The notes beneath the pieces were generated by a model. That model saw only the letters and a list, made by a program, of their open reading frames with translations, was not told the DNA's origin and did no database searches. Below are positions 18,839-28,746 of a DNA stretch of 45,516 nucleotides, piece by piece. Each line of letters begins with the position of its first letter. Within the stretch, counting starts at the first letter, position 1. Position numbers and translations under genes: made by a program. Source of the DNA: Acidobacteriota bacterium (GTDB lineage Bacteria; Acidobacteriota; Thermoanaerobaculia; Thermoanaerobaculales; Sulfomarinibacteraceae); NCBI GenBank assembly GCA_033791425.1, contig JASJGQ010000315.1, forward strand, positions 1 to 45,516, given 5' to 3'.

Positions 18839-19412
18839 ATCCTGGTGGCGGCAGCTCGAGCTGATCGGCGATGGTCGCCATGGCATCGCGGACAAAGGCA
18901 ATGTGTTCGCCGAGATCGACGCCGAGCTCTTCAGCCCCGGTGCGAACATCCTCTCGGTTGACACCGCGGGCAAAGGCCTTGTCCTTGAGCTTCTTCTTGA
19001 CCGATTTCACCTTGACCTCAGCGATCGCCTTATCAGGCCGTACGAGCGCACAAGCGGTGAGGAATCCCGAGAGCTCATCGACGGCAAAGAGCGTCTTTTT
19101 GACCCGGGTGTCGCGCGGCACGCCCATATAGTCGGCGTGTGAAGCGGCAATCTGAATCCACTCTTCAGGCCAGCCCCGATCCCGAAGGATCCGGGTCCCG
19201 ACATGGAGGTGGCTGTCCTCGGTGGGATTCTGCTGATAGTCGAAGTCATGGATCAGGCCGATGATGCCCCACGTTTCCTCATCCTCGGCATAATGCCGGG
19301 CGTACGCGCGCATTGCCGCCTCGACTCCCAACGCGTGCTTGCGCAGGCTCGGGTTGTCAGTGAACTCAGTCAACAGCGCCCAGGCGTCGTCGCGGGTCGG
19401 TGTGTCGCTCAT
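18837..19412 (-). CDS. HDIG/HD-domain phosphohydrolase
   Basis: KHALGVEAAMR, GLIHDFDY, LFAVDELSG and KKLKDKAFARGVNR; RBS GGAGGGG before ATG 19412. Confidence 0.88.
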   Translation of the reverse strand: MSDTPTRDDAWALLTEFTDNPSLRKHALGVEAAMRAYARHYAEDEETWGIIGLIHDFDYQQNPTEDSHLHVGTRILRDRGWPEEWIQIAASHADYMGVPRDTRVKKTLFAVDELSGFLTACALVRPDKAIAEVKVKSVKKKLKDKAFARGVNREDVRTGAEELGVDLGEHIAFVRDAMATIADQLELPPPG

Positions 19413-19570
19413 ATCCCCTCCGGAGGGGGGAGTATACCCTCCGATCCTCAAGGAGGATCCCCGGCGACACGGCCGATTTGGCCGGAGACGGCCGCGAGCG
19501 TTAGAAGATGACGGAATGAATTCGAAAAATATATCAAACCGCAGTAAATATCTTGACTTCACCTTAAACT

Positions 19571-19586
19571 AGGCACAGAATTTGCC
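19571..19586 (+). promoter_or_regulatory. sigma54 (-24/-12) promoter of glnA
   Basis: AGGCACAGAATTTGCC fits GG-N10-GC with a GGCAC/TTGC core, 25 nt before the ATG. Confidence 0.7.
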
Positions 19587-19611
19587 AAACGAAACTCTCG
19601 GAGGCCACAAA

Positions 19612-20943
19612 ATGCCGGAAACAGCCAAGTCCATTCTCGCTCAGGCAGGCGAGGAAAACGTTCATTTTCTCCGTCTTCAATTCACCGACATCGACGGCAT
19701 CATCAAGAACGTCGAGGTGCCAGCGAGCCAATTCGAGAAGGCGCTCGACGGCCAGATCATGTTCGACGGATCGTCCATCGAGGGGTTCACCCGCATCGAG
19801 GAATCGGACATGCTGTTGGTGCCCGATATGGAAACCTTCCAGATCTTTCCGTGGGAGGCGACGCAGGGCAAGGTGGCGCGGCTGATCTGCGACATCGCGA
19901 CCCCTGACGGCAACACCTTTGCAGGCTGCCCCCGCAGCGCTCTCAAAAAAGTCGTGGCCAAGGCAAAAGACATGGGATTCGAGATGATGGCCGGCCCCGA
20001 GGCCGAGTTCTTTCTATTCCAGCGTGACACCAACGGCCTGCCGGTTCCTGCCACCCACGACACCGGCGGCTACTTCGATCTCAGCCCCATGGATCTCGGT
20101 GAAGAGGCACGACGCGACATCACCCTCGTCCTCGAGGCGATGGGTCTCGAGGTGGAGGCGGCGCATCACGAGGTGGCGCCCGGCCAGCACGAGATCGATT
20201 TCAAGTACGGCGAAGCCGTGGCCACTGCGGACGCAGTGGTGACCTTCCGCTTCGTGGTCAAAAAGGTCGCGCTGATGCACGGCCTCCACGCGACCTTCAT
20301 GCCCAAGCCCCTCGCCGGGGTCAATGGATCCGGGATGCATGTTCATCAATCGCTGTTCACGAGCGACGGCGAGAATTCGTTCTATGACCCGGACGGTCCG
20401 TCGCAGCTGTCCGCGGTCGGTCGGTACTACATCGCCGGTCTGCTTGACCACGCCCGTGCCTACGTCGCCCTCACCAACCCGTTGGTCAATTCCTACAAAA
20501 GGCTCGTGCCCGGCTACGAGGCGCCAGTCAACGTGGCGTGGTCGGAAAAGAACCGTTCGCCCATGATCCGCGTGCCGGCACGTCGAGGCGTCGGAACCCG
20601 CTGCGAGGTTCGGATCCCTGACCCGTCGTGCAACCCCTACCTCGCCTTTGCGGCCATGTTGGCCTCCGGCCTCGACGGCATCGAACGCGCGCTCGACTGC
20701 GGCGAGCCGGTCAACCGCAACATCTGGGAGATGAGTCAACGCGAGAAAAAGCGCCTCAAAATTCACGAACTGCCCGCCAGTCTCGACGAGGCGCTGGACT
20801 TCCTGGAGAAGGACAAACTGCTGCGCGAGGCCCTCGGCGACCACATCTTCGACCATTTCATTTTCAACAAACGAACCGAGTGGGCCGACTACATCAAAGA
20901 AATCCACCACTGGGAGCTCGAGCGGTACCTCGGCAGGTACTGA
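19612..20943 (+). CDS. glnA: Glutamine synthetase type I (short, GSI-alpha-like, 443 aa)
   Basis: FDGSSIEG, HHEVAPGQHEI, TFMPKP, NGSGMHVHQS, NSYKRLVPGYEAP and DPSCNPYL. Confidence 0.97.
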   Translation: MPETAKSILAQAGEENVHFLRLQFTDIDGIIKNVEVPASQFEKALDGQIMFDGSSIEGFTRIEESDMLLVPDMETFQIFPWEATQGKVARLICDIATPDGNTFAGCPRSALKKVVAKAKDMGFEMMAGPEAEFFLFQRDTNGLPVPATHDTGGYFDLSPMDLGEEARRDITLVLEAMGLEVEAAHHEVAPGQHEIDFKYGEAVATADAVVTFRFVVKKVALMHGLHATFMPKPLAGVNGSGMHVHQSLFTSDGENSFYDPDGPSQLSAVGRYYIAGLLDHARAYVALTNPLVNSYKRLVPGYEAPVNVAWSEKNRSPMIRVPARRGVGTRCEVRIPDPSCNPYLAFAAMLASGLDGIERALDCGEPVNRNIWEMSQREKKRLKIHELPASLDEALDFLEKDKLLREALGDHIFDHFIFNKRTEWADYIKEIHHWELERYLGRY

Positions 20944-20970
20944 TCAGCAGAGTCGCACCCCAGCCGAAGC

Positions 20971-21001
20971 AACGCCCCACCCATTCGGTGGGGCGTTTTC
21001 T
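20971..21001 (+). terminator. Intrinsic terminator after glnA
   Basis: AACGCCCCACC-CATTC-GGTGGGGCGTT followed by TTCT. Confidence 0.85.
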
Positions 21002-21015
21002 CAAGCACAAAAACA

Positions 21016-21033
21016 TTGTGTAAAAATTCACGA
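21016..21033. promoter_or_regulatory. Rex-like (or CRP-like) operator upstream of the accessory module
   Basis: TTGTGTA-AAAA-TTCACGA matches 12 of 14 positions of the Rex consensus TTGTGAA-N4-TTCACAA. Confidence 0.5.
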
Positions 21034-21102
21034 GAAGCTAAAGTAGACACTGTCCACCCCGGCGAAGATCGAGGCCCGCCGGGTTTGGGGGAGGGGTTGC
21101 CG

Positions 21103-22506
21103 ATGCCGATCATCTCCATTTCACAGGGCAGCTACAGCGGCTCCCAGGAGCTCGCCGAAGCCCTTCACAAGCGACTCGGCTACAAGGTCGTTCGGCTTGT
21201 GGACGCGCTCGAAGGCGCCAAACGGTACGGGATCTCCGAAGACGACATGTACCGTGGCCTCGACATGCCCGCCAACTTTTTCGAACGATTCAGCCGGCGC
21301 AAGGAACGGTACATCCTCGCCATGCAGGCAACCCTCGGCGAGTTGATGGCGGACGGCGACGGCATCTATTGCGGTCTCGCCGGTCAGTTCATCTTTCAGG
21401 GCTTGTGCGGGGTATTCAAGGTACGCCTCGTGGCGCCGATGGACTACCGCATTACGGCAACGATTTCAAATATGCGGGTGTCGCATGACGAGGCGGTCCG
21501 TTATATCCGTCACGCGGACGAACGACGGTCAAAATGGGGCCGGCAGATGTTCGGCGTTGATCTCAACAGCCCTGATCTCTACGACCTCGTGGTCAATCTC
21601 GAGCACATGAGCCTCGACATCGCAGCCGACATGATCACCGGGACCATCGAGCGCACCGATTTTCCCGACGACTGCAAACGCCAGTTCCAGGACTTCGCAC
21701 ACGAAAAACGGGTTCGTGCCGCCCTAAGGTTCAACTCTCCCTATATCGCTGACGGCATCGAGATCTCTGCCAAGGATGGTGTCGTCACCCTCTCCGGGGG
21801 ACGGGCCTTTGAGGACTCGCGGACCGAGATCGTCGACTTCGTGAGCCGGGTCAAAGGGGTGGCAAAGGTCGTCACTTCGACGGGTGAAGTGGTGTCGGTC
21901 GACTCCACGTTGGACCTCGACAGCGGTTTCTCGACGCGGGACACCACCGCCCGCGACGTCATGTTGCCGCCCGACAGCTACCCGCACTGTCGTTTGTCGT
22001 GCACCATTCGCGAAGCGGTTGTCGCTCTCAGCGCCTCAGCGGTCAAGCTCGAGGATGGCTACATGATGGTGCCGCGGTACGTCCTCGTGCTCGACGACGA
22101 TGGGGAGGAGATCCGCGGGATCGTCAGCCGTCGCGAGCTTCTGAAGGGCCTGATTCCGCACTTCCAGGAGGACAGAGAAACGGCGGACCATATCCGCAAG
22201 CTGGTCCCCTTCGGCGGCCAGACGCCGAGTGATCTCTTGATTCGCTGGACCTCGCTCTTCACACCCGCTGCCCTCGAAGCGTCGACCCACAGCATCGCCT
22301 CCATCACGGTTCCGATCCGGGGCACGGTCCAGGTCAGCGACTCGCTGTCGACAGTGATTTCGACCATGCTCCAGCACGGTGTCGACCTGGTGCCGGTCCT
22401 CGATGGGCAAAAGGTTGCCGGTGTCGTGCTGATGACCAACATCTTCGACATCGTGGCGCAGTTCATCATGGAGCACGGAGGTGCCGATCTCAGGAGGCCA
22501 CGCTGA
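21103..22506 (+). CDS. Fusion of cytidylate-kinase-like, BON and CBS-pair domains
   Basis: N-terminal IISISQGSYSGSQELA, KVRLVAP and YDLVVNL; BON motif IEISAKDGVVTLSG...VKGVAKV; CBS motifs TARDVM, IRGIVSRRELL and VPVLDGQKVAGVV. Confidence 0.78.
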   Translation: MPIISISQGSYSGSQELAEALHKRLGYKVVRLVDALEGAKRYGISEDDMYRGLDMPANFFERFSRRKERYILAMQATLGELMADGDGIYCGLAGQFIFQGLCGVFKVRLVAPMDYRITATISNMRVSHDEAVRYIRHADERRSKWGRQMFGVDLNSPDLYDLVVNLEHMSLDIAADMITGTIERTDFPDDCKRQFQDFAHEKRVRAALRFNSPYIADGIEISAKDGVVTLSGGRAFEDSRTEIVDFVSRVKGVAKVVTSTGEVVSVDSTLDLDSGFSTRDTTARDVMLPPDSYPHCRLSCTIREAVVALSASAVKLEDGYMMVPRYVLVLDDDGEEIRGIVSRRELLKGLIPHFQEDRETADHIRKLVPFGGQTPSDLLIRWTSLFTPAALEASTHSIASITVPIRGTVQVSDSLSTVISTMLQHGVDLVPVLDGQKVAGVVLMTNIFDIVAQFIMEHGGADLRRPR

Positions 22507-24056
22507 TGGCCGAGATCGAAAGCACCCCGAAAAAGCGTCGGTACTTCATTCTTCGGCGAAAACGACGATACGACATCGATTGGCGGCGGGTGTTCTTCCT
22601 GTCCCTCGGTGTGGTTCTGTTCTTCGCCGTTTATCTATCGCCGCCCTGGCCGGCCGCCATCGACCCCATGGGCGACGCTTTCGAGCTTTCCGCACAGGGC
22701 AAGGCAGCGCTGGGTCTGTTCCTGCTGGCCGCGGTGTGGTGGGTGTTCGAGGTCGTGCCGATCGGCGTCACCTCAATCACCATCGGGGTCGTCCAGGCGC
22801 TCTTTCTGATCCGCCCCGACATCATGCTGGTCAGCGGTGCTGCACCGATCGGCGGTGCGGAGCTCGCATTCAAAGAATTCATGCACCCCTCGGTGTGGTT
22901 TATCTTCGGCTCGATCGTCATCGGCATGGTCTTCACCAAGACCGGGCTCACCAAGAGGTTGGCCTACAAGATGCTGGTTCTGGTGGGCGAAAAGACCAGC
23001 CACATCTATCTCGGCTGTTTCATCATGACCGCGGCCCTGACGCTGGTCATGGCCCACACCGCGGTCGCTGCGACCGTGTTTCCCCTTTTGATCGCTATCT
23101 ACCGTCTGTACGACGAAGGGGATGAACCGACCCGTTTTGGCAAAGGGCTCTTTATGGGCATGGCCTATGTGGCCGGGGCAGGCAGCATCATCACCCTGCT
23201 CGGAGCCGCACGCGGTGCGGTGGCCCTCGGTTTCTACAAGGAAATCACCGGACAGGATGTCACGTTCTTTGGTCTGACCTGGTACATGTTTCCCGTCGGT
23301 TGGACGATGGTCTTCGTGCTGTGGGCCTTTTTCATGGTGTACTACAAGCCAGAACGCGCGACCATTCCGGGGTTGAGACAACGAGCTCGGGACCTCTACA
23401 GCCACCTCGGTCCGATCTCTGCCAAGGAGATCCAGGCAGCAGTCATCGTCATAGCGGCGGTTTCCATCATGAGCCTACGGTCGTTCATCCCGGCCCTCAA
23501 GAACGTCGACAAGAGCGGCGTCATTTTGCTCGCCACCGTCTTGTTCTTCGTCCTCAAAATCCTCGATATTGGCGACCTCGAGGATGTTCCCTGGAACATC
23601 ATCCTCCTCTTCGGCGGCGCCATGAGTCTCGGCTACTGCCTGGTTCTGACCGGTGCCGCGGATTGGCTCGCCATCAACACGGTCTCGACCCTCAAGACCG
23701 CACCCGCGATGGTCTTCATCATCGGCATGGCCTTCTTTGTCATGATCATGACCAACCTGATCATGAACGTCGCCGCTATCGCCATCTGTCTCCCGGTGGC
23801 CCTCAAGGTCGCCCCCTATCTCGGGGTCGGCGGCGAGGTCATCCTGTTCAGCGCTTTGGTGGTTGCCGGCATGCCCTTCCTGCTGCTGGTGGGAGCGGCG
23901 CCCAATGCCATCGCGTATGAAAGCAAACAGTTCACCTCAGGCGAGTTCTTCAAGGCCGGCATCCCCGCCAGTCTGCTGCTGATGGCGGTGGTCGCGATCT
24001 TCGTCATCTTCATCTGGCCGATCATGGGCATGGAGGTCCTCATCCCGACGCCGTAG
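22506..24056 (+). CDS. SLC13/DASS family anion transporter
   Basis: Multi-TM protein with WWVFEVVPIGVT, KTGLTKRLA, VPWNIILLFGGAMSLG and AAPNAIAY. Confidence 0.9.
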   Translation: MAEIESTPKKRRYFILRRKRRYDIDWRRVFFLSLGVVLFFAVYLSPPWPAAIDPMGDAFELSAQGKAALGLFLLAAVWWVFEVVPIGVTSITIGVVQALFLIRPDIMLVSGAAPIGGAELAFKEFMHPSVWFIFGSIVIGMVFTKTGLTKRLAYKMLVLVGEKTSHIYLGCFIMTAALTLVMAHTAVAATVFPLLIAIYRLYDEGDEPTRFGKGLFMGMAYVAGAGSIITLLGAARGAVALGFYKEITGQDVTFFGLTWYMFPVGWTMVFVLWAFFMVYYKPERATIPGLRQRARDLYSHLGPISAKEIQAAVIVIAAVSIMSLRSFIPALKNVDKSGVILLATVLFFVLKILDIGDLEDVPWNIILLFGGAMSLGYCLVLTGAADWLAINTVSTLKTAPAMVFIIGMAFFVMIMTNLIMNVAAIAICLPVALKVAPYLGVGGEVILFSALVVAGMPFLLLVGAAPNAIAYESKQFTSGEFFKAGIPASLLLMAVVAIFVIFIWPIMGMEVLIPTP

Positions 24057-24089
24057 GCACGCCGCGACTTAACCGAACAGGAGCAAAGG

Positions 24090-24716
24090 ATGCCGACTGA
24101 TAAACTGCTTTCCGGCCACCGTCGATTCAGAGAGAAATTTGCGTCGAAGCACGAGGTGTTCGTGAGACTCGCCGAGGAGGGTCAGCAACCCAAGGTGCTG
24201 TGGATCGGGTGCTCGGATTCGCGCGTGGTCCCAGAGTTGATCACCGGCGCCGATCCGGGTGAGCTCTTCAACGTTCGCAACATTGCCAATATCGTCCCGC
24301 CCGCGCCCACGATTGCGTGCGCCACCGGTGCCGCCATCGAGTACGCTGTCCTCCACCTCGAAGTCAGCCACATCGTCATCTGCGGCCACACCGAGTGCGG
24401 CGGGATCAAGGCCCTCGAGTCGCCGCCGTCGGCCGTCACCGAACCTCACATCGCATCCTGGCTGGAGCTTGCTCAGCCGGCAAGGGAGCGGGTCCTGGCC
24501 AGGGACGTGGCGACCGATCTGATCTACCTCGAGACCATCAAGACCAACGTGCTGCTCCAGTGCGAGAATCTCAGGTCCTACGCTTGTGTGGCTGAGCGCG
24601 AGGCAACCGATGCCCTGTCGGTCCACGCCTGGCTGTACGACCTGCACACAGGTTCCATTCTGGCCTTCGATGAAGCATCAACGGAGTGGAAGACCGTCGC
24701 TGAACAGGCTCTATGA
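24090..24716 (+). CDS. Beta-class carbonic anhydrase
   Basis: GQQPKVLWIGCSDSRV, PGELFNVRNIAN, AAIEYAV and GHTECGG. Confidence 0.95.
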   Translation: MPTDKLLSGHRRFREKFASKHEVFVRLAEEGQQPKVLWIGCSDSRVVPELITGADPGELFNVRNIANIVPPAPTIACATGAAIEYAVLHLEVSHIVICGHTECGGIKALESPPSAVTEPHIASWLELAQPARERVLARDVATDLIYLETIKTNVLLQCENLRSYACVAEREATDALSVHAWLYDLHTGSILAFDEASTEWKTVAEQAL

Positions 24717-24783
24717 ACCAGACACCTCTCTCCGCAACGCGCGCTACCATGGCAGGCACATGTCATTGGATGGGGGAAACACA

Positions 24784-26517
24784 ATGACTTCGACGAAGGG
24801 CCAAGATCGACCGCCTGCGCCCCGGGTGCAGATTCACACTGCGGTATTGATGCTTGCCCTCCTCATCATCGCCCCGCTGATCATCACCGGGGTGGTCAAT
24901 CTCCACCAATTTCGAACCGCTTACAAAAACAAGGTCGCAGACGAGCTCTCGGTCATGATCGAGCGGCACAGTGTGAACGTCGATTCGTTCCTCAGCGACC
25001 GTCTCTCAGACACCCGGGTCATTGCCCGCGAGCATCCTATCGAGCGTCTGCGCGAACCTGAATTCCTACGTCGGGTGCTCAACCTCATGCGCGAGGAGTA
25101 CGACGGCGCCTTTGTCGATCTCGGGCTGGTGGATTCCGAAGGCGTCCAGGTGGCATACGCAGGACCGTTCAACCTGCAGATGGCCGACTACTTTGACACC
25201 GCCTGGTTTCAGGACGTCTCGGAGAATGAGAGCATCATCAGCGATGTCTTCTCCGGGTTGCGCGGTTCGCCCCACTTCATTGTCGCCACCCGGCGATCGG
25301 TCGGCGACACGAGCTTCGTGGTCAAAGCCACGATCGATTTCGAGGCGTTCAACGCCTTGGTCGGAAACCTTCGGATCGGCAGCACCGGCTTTGCCTTCAT
25401 CATCAATCGCAAGGGCGAGTTCCAGACGAGCCCGCATTTCGAGGTGGCGCTCCATCAGCCGCCCTACTCGGATCTCCTGGATGGTCGTATTCGATCAGAT
25501 CGGATCTCGGTGTTGGCGGGGGAGGATGTTCTCGGGCGCAGGGCGATCTTCACCATCGCACCCCTCAAACAGGGGGATTGGTTCCTCTGCTACCAGCAGG
25601 AGACCTCCGACGCGTTTGCCGAATTGCGGCAGGTTCAGAATTTCGCCATCACGGTATCGATCGTTGTTTCCCTGGTTGCTGTCTTTCTGAGTTTTCTGAT
25701 CTCCCGCAATCTCGCGCAGCGCCTGGCCCTGGCCCACCACGAGCGAACCGTCATGACCCACCAGGTCATCGAAGCCGGTAGGTTGGCGTCGATTGGTGAG
25801 CTCGCCGCGGGAATCGCTCACGAGATCAACAACCCCGTGGCCATCATGGTTCAAGAGGCCGGCTGGATCGATGATTTGCTCGGTGAAGGCGACCCCTGCA
25901 CAGGAGAGAACCTCGAGGAAATCACTCGTGCGGTCAGCCAGATCCGCACCCAGGGTGATCGCTGCAAAGAGATCACCTACAAGCTTCTGAGTTTTGCCCG
26001 CAAGACCGACCCCACGGTCAAAGAAGTCCACCTCAACGAAGTTGTCGACGAGGTCATCGGACTCACGTCTCAGAAGACCCGTTACGCCAACGTCCACATC
26101 GAAACCAATATGAGTGCCGACATCCCGGTCATTTACGCTTCGGCCTCGGAGATCCAACAGGTTCTCCTCAATCTGGTGAACAACGCGATCGATGCCATCG
26201 GACAACCGGGCGGGACCGTGACGGTTTCCACGCGATCGGCAGGAGATGAGGTTGTTCTCGAGGTGCAGGACACCGGCAAAGGCATTCCCGAGGCCAATCT
26301 GGAACGAATCTTCGATCCGTTCTTCACCACCAAACCGGTGGGCCAGGGGACCGGTCTCGGGCTTTCGATCTGCTATGGAATCATCGAAAAATTGGGCGGA
26401 CGAATCACGGTTGAGAGCGAAATCGAAAAAGGCACCACTTTCACCGTGTTCTTCCCGACAGAGGCTCCCGAGCAGGTCGGGGATGGCGCATCGGATCTCA
26501 AGGGAGACACATCATGA
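24784..26517 (+). CDS. Membrane sensor histidine kinase (Cache-like sensor, NtrB-type core)
   Basis: Two TM helices; [15 protein letters not shown]-box; [15 protein letters not shown] and [18 protein letters not shown]. Confidence 0.93.
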   Translation: MTSTKGQDRPPAPRVQIHTAVLMLALLIIAPLIITGVVNLHQFRTAYKNKVADELSVMIERHSVNVDSFLSDRLSDTRVIAREHPIERLREPEFLRRVLNLMREEYDGAFVDLGLVDSEGVQVAYAGPFNLQMADYFDTAWFQDVSENESIISDVFSGLRGSPHFIVATRRSVGDTSFVVKATIDFEAFNALVGNLRIGSTGFAFIINRKGEFQTSPHFEVALHQPPYSDLLDGRIRSDRISVLAGEDVLGRRAIFTIAPLKQGDWFLCYQQETSDAFAELRQVQNFAITVSIVVSLVAVFLSFLISRNLAQRLALAHHERTVMTHQVIEAGRLASIGELAAGIAHEINNPVAIMVQEAGWIDDLLGEGDPCTGENLEEITRAVSQIRTQGDRCKEITYKLLSFARKTDPTVKEVHLNEVVDEVIGLTSQKTRYANVHIETNMSADIPVIYASASEIQQVLLNLVNNAIDAIGQPGGTVTVSTRSAGDEVVLEVQDTGKGIPEANLERIFDPFFTTKPVGQGTGLGLSICYGIIEKLGGRITVESEIEKGTTFTVFFPTEAPEQVGDGASDLKGDTS

Positions 26518-26954
26518 TTGAGGCATCGGTATTACTGGTTGACGACGAGGTCCCGTTTGTCGAAACACTCGTCAAGCGCCTCTCCAAGAGGGATCTACGA
26601 GTCGAGGCTGCATTCAGCGGTCAGGAGGCGCTGGACACGCTTGCCGCCAGCGGTCCGGCAAAGACCGATGTCGTCATTCTCGACGTCAAGATGCCGGGAA
26701 TGGACGGTCTCGAGGCACTGTCGCGGATCAAAGAAGAGCACCCGATGATCGAGGTGATCATGCTCACCGGTCACGCCACTGTCGAATCGGCTATCGAAGG
26801 CATGAAACGCGGGGCCTACGACTATCTGATGAAACCGTGCGAGATCGATGTCCTGGTGGAAAAGGTGAGTCAGGCGGCCGCAAAAAAACGGGAGCATGAA
26901 TCGAAGATCTTGGAGGCTCGGGCCAGGATGATTTCACTCCGCAGGGGTGACTGA
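26514..26954 (+). CDS. Stand-alone response regulator receiver
   Basis: LLVDDE, VILDVKMPGMDG, MLTGH and YLMKP; no output domain. Confidence 0.93.
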   Translation: MIEASVLLVDDEVPFVETLVKRLSKRDLRVEAAFSGQEALDTLAASGPAKTDVVILDVKMPGMDGLEALSRIKEEHPMIEVIMLTGHATVESAIEGMKRGAYDYLMKPCEIDVLVEKVSQAAAKKREHESKILEARARMISLRRGD

Positions 26955-26964
26955 AAGAAATGCC

Positions 26965-27351
26965 ATGGTAAAAGACACCGATGGGATCAGGTTACTGCTG
27001 GTCGACGACGAAGTGGGCTACATCGAGGTACTGTCGAAACGACTCACTCGCCGTGGCTTCCAGGTCACGACCGCATCAAGTGGCGCTGAAGCGATCCGCG
27101 CCGCACGCAGATGGGATTTCGACATCGCAGTCGTCGATCTGAAGATGGAGGACATGGACGGCATCGAGGTGCTCAAGGTGCTCAAGAGGATGGTTCCGGC
27201 CCTTCATGTGATCATATTAACGGGTCATGGATCGGAGCGAGCGGCACGGGATGGCATCGCCCAGGGCGCCTTCGATTATCTGATCAAACCTATCGGTCTC
27301 GACCCGCTGATCGCCAGGATTCGTGCCGCGATGAGTTCGGAGACCGGTTGA
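26965..27351 (+). CDS. Stand-alone response regulator receiver
   Basis: LLVDDE, VVDLKMEDMDG, ILTGHG and YLIKP. Confidence 0.92.
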   Translation: MVKDTDGIRLLLVDDEVGYIEVLSKRLTRRGFQVTTASSGAEAIRAARRWDFDIAVVDLKMEDMDGIEVLKVLKRMVPALHVIILTGHGSERAARDGIAQGAFDYLIKPIGLDPLIARIRAAMSSETG

Positions 27352-27435
27352 ATTGTGCCCGGACTTTGGCCGATCACCCGATGAGTGCCGGAGGCTGACG
27401 CCTGTGTGTCGTCATCAATTCGAAGGAGGGAAGTC

Positions 27436-28746
27436 GTGAAGTTCTTCAAGGCATTGGGAGAATTTATGATGGTTGCGACCCGCGCCCACGCGGAGTGGGA
27501 AATCGAGACGTCGAACAGGATCCTGCACGACCCCAAAAGACTCCTGATTCTGATCCTGTTGATGGTACCGATATTCGTCTTTGGACCGGCGGTGGCCGCC
27601 CAGATGATGGATCAGGCCGCGGCCGCCGGTGATGCGCTACCCGACATCCTCGGGGGGAAAAAGGCCTACAGCCCGGCTTTCTACTCGACCGGGATTTTCA
27701 TCGCATCGATTTTCATCGGCCTGTGCGCGGGTCTGATCACCGGCTGCATCGGGGCGGGTGGCGGCTTCATCATCGCACCAGCGCTCATGTCGGCCGGCAT
27801 CAAGGGGATTCTGGCGGTTGGAACCGACCTCTTTCATATTTTCGCCAAGGCGATCATGGGCAGCGTGATCCACCGGAAGTTGGGCAACGTGTCGGTCCCG
27901 CTCGCCTTCACTTTTCTCATCGGGGCAATCGGTGGCGCCACACTCGGTGGCGTGATCAACCGGGTGCTCTACGAGATCAACCCGGTCCTGTCCGACGCAT
28001 TTATCACCACCATCTATTCGATCATGCTCGGCGGACTCGGCGCCTACGCCATGATCGACTACCTCAAGGCGCGCAAAAGCGCCGGTCCGGATAACGACGC
28101 CCACGGCGGCCGCGCGGAGGGCGCCGACCTCGGCAACCTGCCAAAGAAGCTGCAGGCGATCAAGGCCCCGCCGATGATCACGTTCGACCAGAACTTGGTG
28201 CCGGGAGGGCGCCAGATCTCGGCCTGGTTCCTGATCGCGAGCGGATTCCTGGTCGGCTTTGCCGCAGCCATCATGGGCGTCGGTGGCGGTTTTCTGACCT
28301 TTCCGATCTTCGTCTACACCCTCGGTGTCTCATCCATGACCACCGTCGGGACGGACATCTTCCAGATCGTCTTCACGGCCGGTTATGCCGCGATCTCCCA
28401 GTACGCGATCTACGGCTTCATCTTCTACACCCTCGCGATGGGCATGCTGATCGGATCGCTCTTTGGCGTCCAGGTGGGCGCCATGGTCACCAAGGTCGTC
28501 GATGGCATTACCATCCGAGGTTTCTACGCGATGGCGGTGCTGGCCGGCTTTATCAACCGGATCTTCGCCCTTCCCGGCAAGCTCTCCGATCTCGAAGTGA
28601 TTTCACTGTCTCCCGGTGTGATCAGCGTACTCGATGGGATCGGGATCTGGGCCTTCTTCCTGGTCATCGGGGGATTTGCGGTGTGGGTTCTCTATACGTT
28701 TTTCAGCAGCCTCGGCAAGCTCCGCGGGACGGAGGTGGCGTCATGA
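27436..28746 (+). CDS. Sulfite exporter TauE/SafE (TSUP) family membrane protein, long form
   Basis: Duplicated motifs GCIGAGGGFIIAP/AVGTDLF and IMGVGGGFLTFP/TVGTDIF; RBS AAGGAGG before GTG 27436. Confidence 0.88.
   Translation: MKFFKALGEFMMVATRAHAEWEIETSNRILHDPKRLLILILLMVPIFVFGPAVAAQMMDQAAAAGDALPDILGGKKAYSPAFYSTGIFIASIFIGLCAGLITGCIGAGGGFIIAPALMSAGIKGILAVGTDLFHIFAKAIMGSVIHRKLGNVSVPLAFTFLIGAIGGATLGGVINRVLYEINPVLSDAFITTIYSIMLGGLGAYAMIDYLKARKSAGPDNDAHGGRAEGADLGNLPKKLQAIKAPPMITFDQNLVPGGRQISAWFLIASGFLVGFAAAIMGVGGGFLTFPIFVYTLGVSSMTTVGTDIFQIVFTAGYAAISQYAIYGFIFYTLAMGMLIGSLFGVQVGAMVTKVVDGITIRGFYAMAVLAGFINRIFALPGKLSDLEVISLSPGVISVLDGIGIWAFFLVIGGFAVWVLYTFFSSLGKLRGTEVAS

Noticed and set aside
19413-19611. 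Glutamine riboswitch upstream of glnA
   Set aside because: The predicted promoter leaves a leader of only about 15-25 nt, and no recognisable motif is present.
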